The notes beneath the pieces were generated by a model, which made no database searches, was not told the DNA's origin, and saw nothing but the letters and a program-made list of their open reading frames with translations. From positions 53,581 to 117,580 of the forward strand of contig SIBJ01000001.1 in assembly GCA_009695195.1 (NCBI GenBank): a stretch of 64,000 bases of DNA. Reading direction: 5' to 3'. This document shows positions 53,540 to 61,397 of the stretch, piece by piece. The position numbers and the translations under genes are program-made. This DNA is from Pedosphaera sp. Its GTDB lineage: Bacteria; Verrucomicrobiota; Verrucomicrobiia; Limisphaerales; JADLHS01. Numbering within the stretch: position 1 is the first letter of the stretch; every line of letters begins with the position of its first letter.

Positions 53540-54043
53540 ATGGAGGAAATCCTTTTCTATATCTTCGCTTTCCTGACGCTGATCTTCGGGGCGCTCGTCG
53601 TCGCGAATCCGTTCAGCCGCAACCCGGTCACGAGCGCGATGTTCTTGGTGTTAACCATCATCTCGATGGCGGGACTTTTTGTGCTGCTGCACGCGTTCTT
53701 CCTCGCGGCGGTGCAAGTGCTCGTCTATGCCGGCGCGGTCATGGTGCTGTTCCTCTTCGTCATCATGCTGCTGGACTTGAAAGAGGAAGAACGCCGCAAA
53801 GTCAAAAAGCTCAGCCTCGTCGCCGGATTGATTTCCATCGGCGCAATCGTCGGCATCTTCGTAAAGTCACTGCTCGCGACACAGCCCGTCAAGGATTTGC
53901 CCGCGCCGATGCACGACGGTGCGACCATCCCGCTCGGCAAGCTGCTGTTCACGAATTACCTGTTGCCGTTTGAAATCGTCTCGCTCCTGCTCCTCGTGGC
54001 GATGGTGGGGGTGATTTTGTTGAGCAAGAAAGATTTGAAATGA
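53540..54043 (+). CDS. nuoJ: NADH-quinone oxidoreductase subunit J
   Basis: 167 aa with 5 TM segments. AAVQVLVYAGAVMVLFLFVIMLL is typical of NuoJ. Confidence 0.88.
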   Translation: MEEILFYIFAFLTLIFGALVVANPFSRNPVTSAMFLVLTIISMAGLFVLLHAFFLAAVQVLVYAGAVMVLFLFVIMLLDLKEEERRKVKKLSLVAGLISIGAIVGIFVKSLLATQPVKDLPAPMHDGATIPLGKLLFTNYLLPFEIVSLLLLVAMVGVILLSKKDLK

Positions 54044-54056
54044 ACTATGGCCAGAT

Positions 54057-54153
54057 AAACGCAGAGCCGCAGAGCCGCAGAGAACGCGGAGAAACGCAGA
54101 GGAAATCATTTTCTTTTCTCCGCGAACCTCCGCGGCCTCTGCGTCTCTGCGTT
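54057..54153. repeat. Hairpin repeat, family G
   Basis: AAACGCAGAGCCGCAGAGCCGCAGAGAACGCGGAG ... CTCCGCGAACCTCCGCGGCCTCTGCGTCTCTGCGTTT. It fills the nuoJ-nuoK spacer. Confidence 0.7.
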
Positions 54154-54181
54154 TAGGTTTTTGCCCCACGGTTAAAAGAAA

Positions 54182-54487
54182 ATGAACGTCGGCCTCGAAC
54201 ATTATCTTGTGGTGAGTGCGCTGTTGTTCGCGCTCGGTCTGCTGGGCGTCATCACGCGACGCAACCTGCTTGTCGTTTACATGTCGCTGGAGTTGATGCT
54301 CAACTCGGCGAATCTCGCGCTCGTCTCCTTTTCGCGGTTCAACGACAACCTCAACGGTCAGGTGATGGTGTTCTTCATCATCACTGTGGCGGCGGCGGAA
54401 GTGGCAGTCGGCCTCGCGCTGATCGTGGCGCTCTACCGCAAGCGCCAGAGTGCGCACGTCGAAGACCTGACGAGCATGAAACTTTGA
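54182..54487 (+). CDS. nuoK: NADH-quinone oxidoreductase subunit K
   Basis: 101 aa. [22 protein letters not shown]....MS.ELMLN is the NuoK signature. Confidence 0.9.
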   Translation: MNVGLEHYLVVSALLFALGLLGVITRRNLLVVYMSLELMLNSANLALVSFSRFNDNLNGQVMVFFIITVAAAEVAVGLALIVALYRKRQSAHVEDLTSMKL

Positions 54488-54507
54488 TGATGAAAGGCGA
54501 AAGAATT

Positions 54508-54743
54508 CAACGCAAAGGCGCAAAGACGCAAAGACGCGAGGAATCCTTTGCGCGACGGGCGTTGTGCGGCGTAGCGCAGGTTTCCAAACCTGCTGTATCG
54601 CCGATTTCCAAATCGGCGTGGCGTGTTGATTCAGAGCGCGTCGAACTTGCGGGCGGCCTGCGGGTTTGGAAACCCGCGATACAGCAGACTTGGAAGTCCG
54701 CGCTACAGACTTTGCGCCTTTGCGCCTTTGCGCCTTCGCGTTG
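54508..54743. repeat. Nested hairpin repeats: family H outer arms enclosing a family I element (54571-54706)
   Basis: Outer arms are CAACGCAAAGGCGCAAAGACGCAAAGACGCGAGG ... CTTTGCGCCTTTGCGCCTTTGCGCCTTCGCGTTG. The inner element is GTAGCGCAGGTTTCCAAACCTGCTGTATCG ... CGATACAGCAGACTTGGAAGTCCGCGCTAC, with further small hairpins. Confidence 0.65.
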
Positions 54744-54755
54744 GAAAATTACCGG

Positions 54756-56657
54756 ATGAAACTCGAAGCGCTACCTTGGTTGGTCTTGTTCCTGCCGCTG
54801 CTCGCGGCGGGCATAATCACGCTGTTCACCCTGCGCAACAAAACGGTCAGCGCCACGTTGTCCATTGGCGCGATTGTGACGGGCTTCGTCCTCACGCTGG
54901 CGGTCATCAAGTTCGGCGGCTGGGAAGCGCGCGAACTTTCCGTCAACTGGCTCTCCATCGGCGGCCTGAACGTGGACTTCGGCCTCAAACTCGACGCGCT
55001 CAGCCTGATGATGCTCCTCATCGTCACCGGCGTCGGCAGCGCGATTCATATTTATTCCTACGGCTACATGCGCGAAGACCCGGGCTTCTCACGCTTCTTC
55101 GCGTGCATGAGTCTGTTCACGTTCTCGATGCTTGGCATCGTGCTCTCGAACAATTTCCTCCAGATGTTCATTTTCTGGGAACTGGTCGGTGTGTCGAGCT
55201 ACCTGCTCATCGGTTTCTGGTTTGAAAAACCCAGCGCGGCGGATGCGGCGAAAAAGGCTTTCATCACGAACCGGCTCGGCGACTTCGGGTTCATGCTGGG
55301 CATCCTGACGATTTTCGCCATCGTCGGCTCGCTGAACTTCGGGACGATTCAAGAACTACTCAAAGTGAACCCAGCATTGTTCGGAGCATCAGCCACGCTC
55401 GCCGGTCTGTTGATTTTCTGCGGCGCGATGGGCAAGTCCGCCCAATTTCCGCTGCATGTCTGGCTGCCCGACGCGATGGAAGGCCCAACCCCCGTCAGCG
55501 CGCTCATCCACGCCGCGACCATGGTGGCCGCTGGTGTTTACATGCTGTGCCGCGCGTTCTTCATCTTCTCGCCGGATGCGCTGACCGCCATCGCCTGGAT
55601 CGGCGGTTTCACCGCCTTGCTCGCCGCGCTCATTGCCGTCCAGCAAAACGACATCAAGCGCATCCTCGCCTACTCGACGCTGTCGCAACTCGGCTACATG
55701 GTCATGGCTGTGGGCTTGACTGGGCCGACGCCCGCGATGTTTCATCTCACCACGCACGCGTTCTTCAAGGCGTTGCTGTTCCTCGGCGCAGGCTCGGTCA
55801 TTCACGCCATGCACCATGAGCAGGACATCTGGAAGATGGGCGCGCTCCGCAAGAAAATGCCCGTGACGTTTTGGACGTTCCTTGTCGGCACGCTCGCGCT
55901 CTGCGGCGTCCCGCCGTTCAGCGGCTTCTACTCGAAGGACGCGATCCTCGCGCAGGCGTTGCACGCGCACAACTACCCGCTCTTCGCCGTCGCCGTGTTC
56001 GTCGCGGTGCTGACGACGTTCTACATGTTCCGCTTGTTCTTCGTCGCGCTTGTCGGCGAACCCAGAACGAAGGAAGCCGAACACGCGCACGAATCGCCCG
56101 GCGTCATGATCTGGCCGCTGAGAATTCTCGCCTTGCTGAGCGTGATTGCTGGAGTGATGGGCATTAACAAGATTTTTGACCTGTACTCAAGTAGAGTGCT
56201 TCCTCCCTTTACGTATGAAATCCCCGTCGGCGAATTTTCAGGAGCAGTCAAATATGTAGGAAGGCTGCTCGAACCATTCCAACATGCGCCTGTCGCTGCG
56301 TTCGGTGGATTGATTGCTGTTGTGATTGGTTTCCTCGCCGCCAAGGTGCTTTACGGCAAAGCCAAGACCGATCCGCTGCCCGCCAAACTCGGCGCGTTGT
56401 CCCGCGCGATGGCGAACCGCTTTTACTTCGACGAAATTTACGAAGCCACGGTCATCCGCATCCACGACACCATCGCCGCGATCTCCGACTGGATTGATCG
56501 CTGGATCGTGGAAGGCTTTTGCATCGGCCTGGTGCGCGGCGGAACGGATTTGACGGGCCGCGCGCTGCGCCTGGTCCAAACGGGTAACCTCCAGACCTAC
56601 GCCTTCCTGTTCGTGCTCGGCGTGGCCGTGGTGCTGTGGTTCGTGCTGGGGAAATGA
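54756..56657 (+). CDS. nuoL: NADH-quinone oxidoreductase subunit L
   Basis: Start at ATG 54756 (MKLEALPWLVLFLPLL). Antiporter-like motifs FWELVGVSSYLLIGFW and KSAQFPLHVWLPDAMEGPTPVSALIHAATMV. Confidence 0.92.
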   Translation: MKLEALPWLVLFLPLLAAGIITLFTLRNKTVSATLSIGAIVTGFVLTLAVIKFGGWEARELSVNWLSIGGLNVDFGLKLDALSLMMLLIVTGVGSAIHIYSYGYMREDPGFSRFFACMSLFTFSMLGIVLSNNFLQMFIFWELVGVSSYLLIGFWFEKPSAADAAKKAFITNRLGDFGFMLGILTIFAIVGSLNFGTIQELLKVNPALFGASATLAGLLIFCGAMGKSAQFPLHVWLPDAMEGPTPVSALIHAATMVAAGVYMLCRAFFIFSPDALTAIAWIGGFTALLAALIAVQQNDIKRILAYSTLSQLGYMVMAVGLTGPTPAMFHLTTHAFFKALLFLGAGSVIHAMHHEQDIWKMGALRKKMPVTFWTFLVGTLALCGVPPFSGFYSKDAILAQALHAHNYPLFAVAVFVAVLTTFYMFRLFFVALVGEPRTKEAEHAHESPGVMIWPLRILALLSVIAGVMGINKIFDLYSSRVLPPFTYEIPVGEFSGAVKYVGRLLEPFQHAPVAAFGGLIAVVIGFLAAKVLYGKAKTDPLPAKLGALSRAMANRFYFDEIYEATVIRIHDTIAAISDWIDRWIVEGFCIGLVRGGTDLTGRALRLVQTGNLQTYAFLFVLGVAVVLWFVLGK

Positions 56658-57772
56658 AATCGCGATCTGCCAACAAAAAAACTTTGAGGAAGGCCCGCCC
56701 GGCCTCGCGGAAGATTGTCGCGACATCGTCGCGACAATTGGCGAAGGCTTCTCCCAAAGCCTTGCTGGTAGATGTGCGAGAACTGATTCTCGCCGCGCGC
56801 GCGGGCGTGGCGCGCACGGTCAATGCCGGCCTGACTCTGCTCTATTGGGAGGTTGGGAATCGCATTCGCGTGGATGTCCTCAAGGAGCGGCGAGCTGGTT
56901 ACGGCGAGGAAATTGTGCAGACGTTGTCGGCACAATTGGAAATCGAGTTCGGGCGCGGGTTCAGCAAGCGCAACCTTTTCAGCATGGTCGCTTTTGCCGA
57001 GGCATTTCCTGACCGGAAGATTGTGCAGACACTGTCTGCACAATTGGGCTGGAGTCATTTCAAGGAAATCATTCCGCAGCAGGATGAATTGAAGCGCGAC
57101 TTCTACGCCGAGATGTGTCGCATGGAGCGATGGAATGTGCGGACGCTGCGGCGGAAAATCGGTGGAATGCTTTTCGAGCGCACCGCCATCTCAAAGAAGC
57201 CCGACCAACTCATCCGCCAGGAACTCAAAGCTCTCCGCGAGGAAGACCAACTCACCCCCGACCTCGTCTTCCGTGATCCTTATGTGCTGGATTTTCTCAA
57301 GCTCAAGGACAGCTACAGCGAAGGCGACCTCGAAGCCGCGATTCTGCGCGAGATCGAGTCGTTCATTCTGGAACTCGGTGAGGGCTTCTGCTTCGTCGCG
57401 CGGCAGAAGCGGATGCAGATTGACGACCGCGATTACCATCTTGACCTGTTGTTCTTCCATCGCAAGCTGCGCCGGCTCGTGGCGATTGATTTGAAGCTGG
57501 ATGATTTCGAGGCCGCCGACAAAGGGCAGATGGAACTCTACCTGAACTGGCTCAAGAAACATGAGCAAAGCCCGGACGAAGCGCCGCCGCTCGGCATCAT
57601 CCTGTGCGCGGGCAAACGGCAGGAACACGTCGAACTGTTGCAAATGGAACGCGACGGCATTCACGTTGCCAGCTACGTGACGAAGTTGATTCCGAAGAAG
57701 CAACTCGAGCGAAAGCTTCACCAGGCTGTGCGCTTGGCAAGGGCCCGGCTGGAGGAAACCAAACTTAGATGA
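56654..57772 (+). CDS. DUF1016/YhcG-family PD-(D/E)xK nuclease-domain protein
   Basis: The N-terminal DUF1016-like helical domain (NAGLTLLYWEVGNRI...YGEEIVQTLSAQL, a duplicated IVQTLSAQL motif, WSHFKEI) and the C-terminal nuclease core (GFCFVARQKRMQIDDRDYHLDLLFFHRKLRRLVAIDLK) match YhcG as I recall it. ATGA overlaps occur at both ends, with nuoL and nuoM. Confidence 0.8.
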   Translation: MKSRSANKKTLRKARPASRKIVATSSRQLAKASPKALLVDVRELILAARAGVARTVNAGLTLLYWEVGNRIRVDVLKERRAGYGEEIVQTLSAQLEIEFGRGFSKRNLFSMVAFAEAFPDRKIVQTLSAQLGWSHFKEIIPQQDELKRDFYAEMCRMERWNVRTLRRKIGGMLFERTAISKKPDQLIRQELKALREEDQLTPDLVFRDPYVLDFLKLKDSYSEGDLEAAILREIESFILELGEGFCFVARQKRMQIDDRDYHLDLLFFHRKLRRLVAIDLKLDDFEAADKGQMELYLNWLKKHEQSPDEAPPLGIILCAGKRQEHVELLQMERDGIHVASYVTKLIPKKQLERKLHQAVRLARARLEETKLR

Positions 57773-59418
57773 CGACGTTGACCTTAATCTTTGCGCTGCC
57801 GTTGCTCGCCGCAATCGCGCTGGCGTTTGTGCCGCGCAACTTTGCCGTCATCATGCGCGCCGTGGCGGTGGGTGTGACCTTCGTCACGATGCTGCTGGCG
57901 GTGCTGATGTTTTGGCGGTTCGACGCGAAGGCGGAAGGCTATCAATTCGTCAGCACCATTCCCGGACTCGGCGCGGAGTCGCTCGGTATCGCCTGCAAGC
58001 TGGGCGTGGACGGTTTGAACGTCGGGCTGGTGTTGATGGGCGCGATCGTTGCGTTCGCGGCGGCGTGTTGCTCGTTTGAGATCAAGTCGCGGGAGAAGGA
58101 GTTTTACATCCTGCTGCTCGTAATGACCGGTGGCATCCTTGGCGCGTTCATGTCGCTCGATCTGTTCTTCTTCTACTTCTTCCACGAACTCGCGCTCGTG
58201 CCGACGTTCATCATGATCGGCGTGTGGGGTCGCGGGGAGAAGAAGAACTACGCCACGTTTCAGATCACGCTTTACCTGAGCATCGGCGCATTGCTGGCGC
58301 TCATCGGCCTCATCGCGCTTTACCTGCAAGTGCCGGCGGACGTTCGCACGTTCGACATCCCGACGCTCACAAAGTTTTTCACGGAACATCCAATGGCGCT
58401 CGCGTCGCAGAAATTTATTTTCCCGATGCTGCTGTTTGGCTTCGGAATTCTCGTTTCGCTCTGGCCGTTTCATTCGTGGGCGGCGCTGGGTTACTGTTCT
58501 GCGCCGAGCGCGACGGCGATGTTGCACGCGGGTGTGCTGAAAAAGTTCGGGCTCTACGGTTTGATCCGCGTGGCGCTGCCGTTCATGCCACAGGCGGCGC
58601 AGACTTGGATGCAAATCCTCGCGTGGCTCGCGCTTGGCAACGTGCTTTACGTCGGCTGGGTCGCGATGAAGCAAAAGAACCTGAACCTGCTCATCGGCAA
58701 TTCCAGCGTGGCGCACATGGGCATGATCTTCCTCGGCATTGCGAGCCTGAACCTCATCGGCGTGACCGGCGCGGTGGTCATCATGATCGCGCACGGCTTC
58801 CTCGCGGCGCTGACGTTCGGCTTGAGCGGCTACATCTACAACCAGACCGGCACGCTCGAAATGAGCGAACTCGGCGGGCTGGCGAAGAAGCTGCGTTTCA
58901 TCGGCGTGGCGTTCGTGATGGCGGCGATGGCGGGTTGCGGCCTGCCGGGCTTCTTGAATTTCGTCGGCGAGGTCACGGTGTTTTTCGGCGCCTGGGCTCA
59001 ACCAAGCTTGCGCGTCGTCACCGTGCTGGCGGTGTGGGGCGCCCTGATCATTGGTGCAGTTTACATGCTGCGCGCGGTGCGGGCGGCCTTGCATGGCCCG
59101 ATGCCGGAGAAGTGGGCAGACGTTTCCGACGCAAACCTGTGGCGCAAACTACCCTATGCCCTTTTGCTTGCGAGTTTGCTGGTGTTTGGTTTCTTCCCGA
59201 AGTTGCTCACGGAAAAAATCAAGCCGGTGACGGAACAGATTGTGAACATGGCGGTGGTGAAGGCGGTTGTTGCCGAGAAGCCGGACGCAAAAAATCCCCT
59301 CACCCCGGCCCTCTCCCCTTCTGAAGGGGAGAGGGAGAATCGTCGGCAGTTGTCTGGCAGTTTCGGTGCTGCTGGTGACTTGATACCCGACAAAAAATTG
59401 CCAATAGCCAAGAAATGA
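57769..59418 (+). CDS. nuoM: NADH-quinone oxidoreductase subunit M (with a repeat-derived C-terminal extension)
   Basis: Antiporter-like TM core (FFHELALVPTFIMIGVWG, HAGVLKKFGLYG). The last 50 or so codons (KNPLTPALSPSEGERENRRQ...) run through the family M repeat. Confidence 0.9.
   Translation: MTTLTLIFALPLLAAIALAFVPRNFAVIMRAVAVGVTFVTMLLAVLMFWRFDAKAEGYQFVSTIPGLGAESLGIACKLGVDGLNVGLVLMGAIVAFAAACCSFEIKSREKEFYILLLVMTGGILGAFMSLDLFFFYFFHELALVPTFIMIGVWGRGEKKNYATFQITLYLSIGALLALIGLIALYLQVPADVRTFDIPTLTKFFTEHPMALASQKFIFPMLLFGFGILVSLWPFHSWAALGYCSAPSATAMLHAGVLKKFGLYGLIRVALPFMPQAAQTWMQILAWLALGNVLYVGWVAMKQKNLNLLIGNSSVAHMGMIFLGIASLNLIGVTGAVVIMIAHGFLAALTFGLSGYIYNQTGTLEMSELGGLAKKLRFIGVAFVMAAMAGCGLPGFLNFVGEVTVFFGAWAQPSLRVVTVLAVWGALIIGAVYMLRAVRAALHGPMPEKWADVSDANLWRKLPYALLLASLLVFGFFPKLLTEKIKPVTEQIVNMAVVKAVVAEKPDAKNPLTPALSPSEGERENRRQLSGSFGAAGDLIPDKKLPIAKK
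59298..59339. repeat. Family M hairpin inside the 3' end of nuoM
   Basis: CCTCACCCCGGCCCTCTCCCC-TTCTGAA-GGGGAGAGGGAGAA shares its core with 46811-47018 and 3927-3972. Confidence 0.6.
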
Positions 59419-60875
59419 ATTTGTCATTGATGAGTTTGGAAATCGTGGTGGTCTTGCTTGGCATTACCGTGCTGATGGCGGATTTGTGGCTGCCGGCGGA
59501 GCGCAAGCGGATGCTCGGCTACGCGGCGGCGGCGGCGTTGGGGCTTCTCTTTCTGAATACGTTTACCAGTCATTGCAGTTGCAGTTTGACGGATGGTCAA
59601 ACGGCCAGTACTGCGGGCGGGATGTTCATCCAGGACGGCTTGTCGGTTTTCTTCAAACGCTTTTTCCTGATCGCCGCGGTGCTGGTATTGATTCTGGCGG
59701 TGGAGTTTTCGGATCGCATCGCGGTGGGCGTGTCCGAGTATTACTCGCTCATCATCTTCGCCCTGGCGGGGATGTTGTTTGCCGCATCCGCGAACGACTT
59801 CGTGATGCTTTTCGTTTCCATCGAACTCATCACGATCACGTTTTACGTGCTGACGAGTTTTACGCGTGGCAAGGTTGTCGCGTTGGAGGCGGGCGTGAAG
59901 TATCTGATTCTCGGCGCGCTGGCATCGGCATTCATGGTTTACGGCATCGCGCTGGTTTGGGGAACGACCGGTAAATTCAACTTCAGCGAACTCTCGATGG
60001 TTTCGGCGAAGTTTGCGGAGAACAAGTTGTTCCTGTTCGGCGTGTTGTTCATCCTCGTTGGTCTGGGTTTCAAGATCGCGGCGTTCCCGTTCCAGATGTG
60101 GACGCCGGATGTTTATCAAGGCGCGCCCACCCCGACGACCGCGTTCCTCGCCGTCGGTTCAAAGGCCGCCGGCTTCGTTCTGCTGCTGCGCTTCCTGTTC
60201 ACCGCCATTCCGGAAGTGACGGCGCACTGGAAAAATCTGCTCATTGTGATTTCCGGCATCACGATTCTCTACGGCAATCTCTGCGCCATTCCACAGCGAA
60301 ATCTGAAACGGTTGCTGGGTTATTCCAGCATTGCCCATGCGGGGTATCTTTTGCTGGGTGTGGCCGCGTTGACAAATGCGGGTCAATCGGCAGTGCTTTA
60401 CTATCTGAGCGGTTACCTGTTTACGACGCTGGCGGCGTTCACGGTGATTGCGTTGGTGATGCGGCATCTCGACACGGAAGACATCAGCGGCTTGGCGGGA
60501 TTGAGCCAGCGTTCGCCGCTGCTGGCTGCAACCCTAACACTGGCGATGATTTCGCTGGCGGGCATTCCGCCGCTGGCGGGATTCTTTGGAAAATTCCTGC
60601 TGCTGAAAGCCGTCATCGAGCAGGGCGCGACGAACCACGGTTACTATTGCCTCGTGTTCACAGCGCTCGTCGGCGTGGTGATCTCGCTCTACTACTACTT
60701 CGGCGTCGTCCGCGCGATTTACTGGAGCAAGGATGTGCCGGACCGTTCGCCGATTTGCATTTCGCGGCCGATGCGGCTCGCGGTTTGGGTTTGCATCGCT
60801 GGGATGTTCTGGCTGGGACTTTTCCCCAACGCCGTGCTCAAGCTGGCGGACTCCGCGGTGAGTGTTCTGAAGTAA
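59415..60875 (+). CDS. nuoN: NADH-quinone oxidoreductase subunit N
   Basis: ATGA overlap with nuoM. Antiporter-like core (FKIAAFPFQMWTPDVYQGAPTPTTAFLAVGSKAAGF). Confidence 0.9.
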   Translation: MNLSLMSLEIVVVLLGITVLMADLWLPAERKRMLGYAAAAALGLLFLNTFTSHCSCSLTDGQTASTAGGMFIQDGLSVFFKRFFLIAAVLVLILAVEFSDRIAVGVSEYYSLIIFALAGMLFAASANDFVMLFVSIELITITFYVLTSFTRGKVVALEAGVKYLILGALASAFMVYGIALVWGTTGKFNFSELSMVSAKFAENKLFLFGVLFILVGLGFKIAAFPFQMWTPDVYQGAPTPTTAFLAVGSKAAGFVLLLRFLFTAIPEVTAHWKNLLIVISGITILYGNLCAIPQRNLKRLLGYSSIAHAGYLLLGVAALTNAGQSAVLYYLSGYLFTTLAAFTVIALVMRHLDTEDISGLAGLSQRSPLLAATLTLAMISLAGIPPLAGFFGKFLLLKAVIEQGATNHGYYCLVFTALVGVVISLYYYFGVVRAIYWSKDVPDRSPICISRPMRLAVWVCIAGMFWLGLFPNAVLKLADSAVSVLK

Positions 60876-60888
60876 TCCGGTCGCCCGG

Positions 60889-61362
60889 TCACTTGCCGAT
60901 CGAAATCAGGAGGCAGGCGGGTTCGCGGAACATTGCGTTGTCGGAGGCGCCGGGCGAAACCGCTTTTCCCGATACCGCGCCCCAGGGCCGGTCGCTTTCG
61001 CCCCAGCAGAAATATTTTCCACCGGTCGGCGTCGAAGGCAGCGGGCGTGGAACAGCCAGGCGAATGATGAGCAGGTCCAGGATTCTACGACCGAGGCTGC
61101 GTTCGCCGCCGGGGCGACTTCGACGAAGCCCTTCGATCAACGGGCCGCTGACGATCAAATCGCTTTTGCCGATTCGCAGCGGAGGGGAATTGGACTTCAC
61201 CTGCAAAATCCGGTCCCAGTGCGCCGGGCTGTAATCCCAAGCGGGCATGGCGACGGCGGACGATGAAGCCTTGAGCGAAACGTTTGTGGATTCCGCGCCT
61301 GCCCAACCGGCGAACGCGGTCAGCAGCGCTACGATGGTCAACTTTCTGGAAGCCGCAGCCAC
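60889..61362 (-). CDS. Hypothetical secreted protein (157 aa)
   Basis: GTG 61362 gives (M)AAASRKLTIVALLTAFAGWAGA, which is signal-peptide-like. The longer track ORF upstream of this point is Arg-rich shadow sequence. No family recognised. Confidence 0.4.
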   Translation of the reverse strand: MAAASRKLTIVALLTAFAGWAGAESTNVSLKASSSAVAMPAWDYSPAHWDRILQVKSNSPPLRIGKSDLIVSGPLIEGLRRSRPGGERSLGRRILDLLIIRLAVPRPLPSTPTGGKYFCWGESDRPWGAVSGKAVSPGASDNAMFREPACLLISIGK

Positions 61363-61397
61363 AAAGAACTGACCCGCGCGAACCCGAATTCGTTCAA

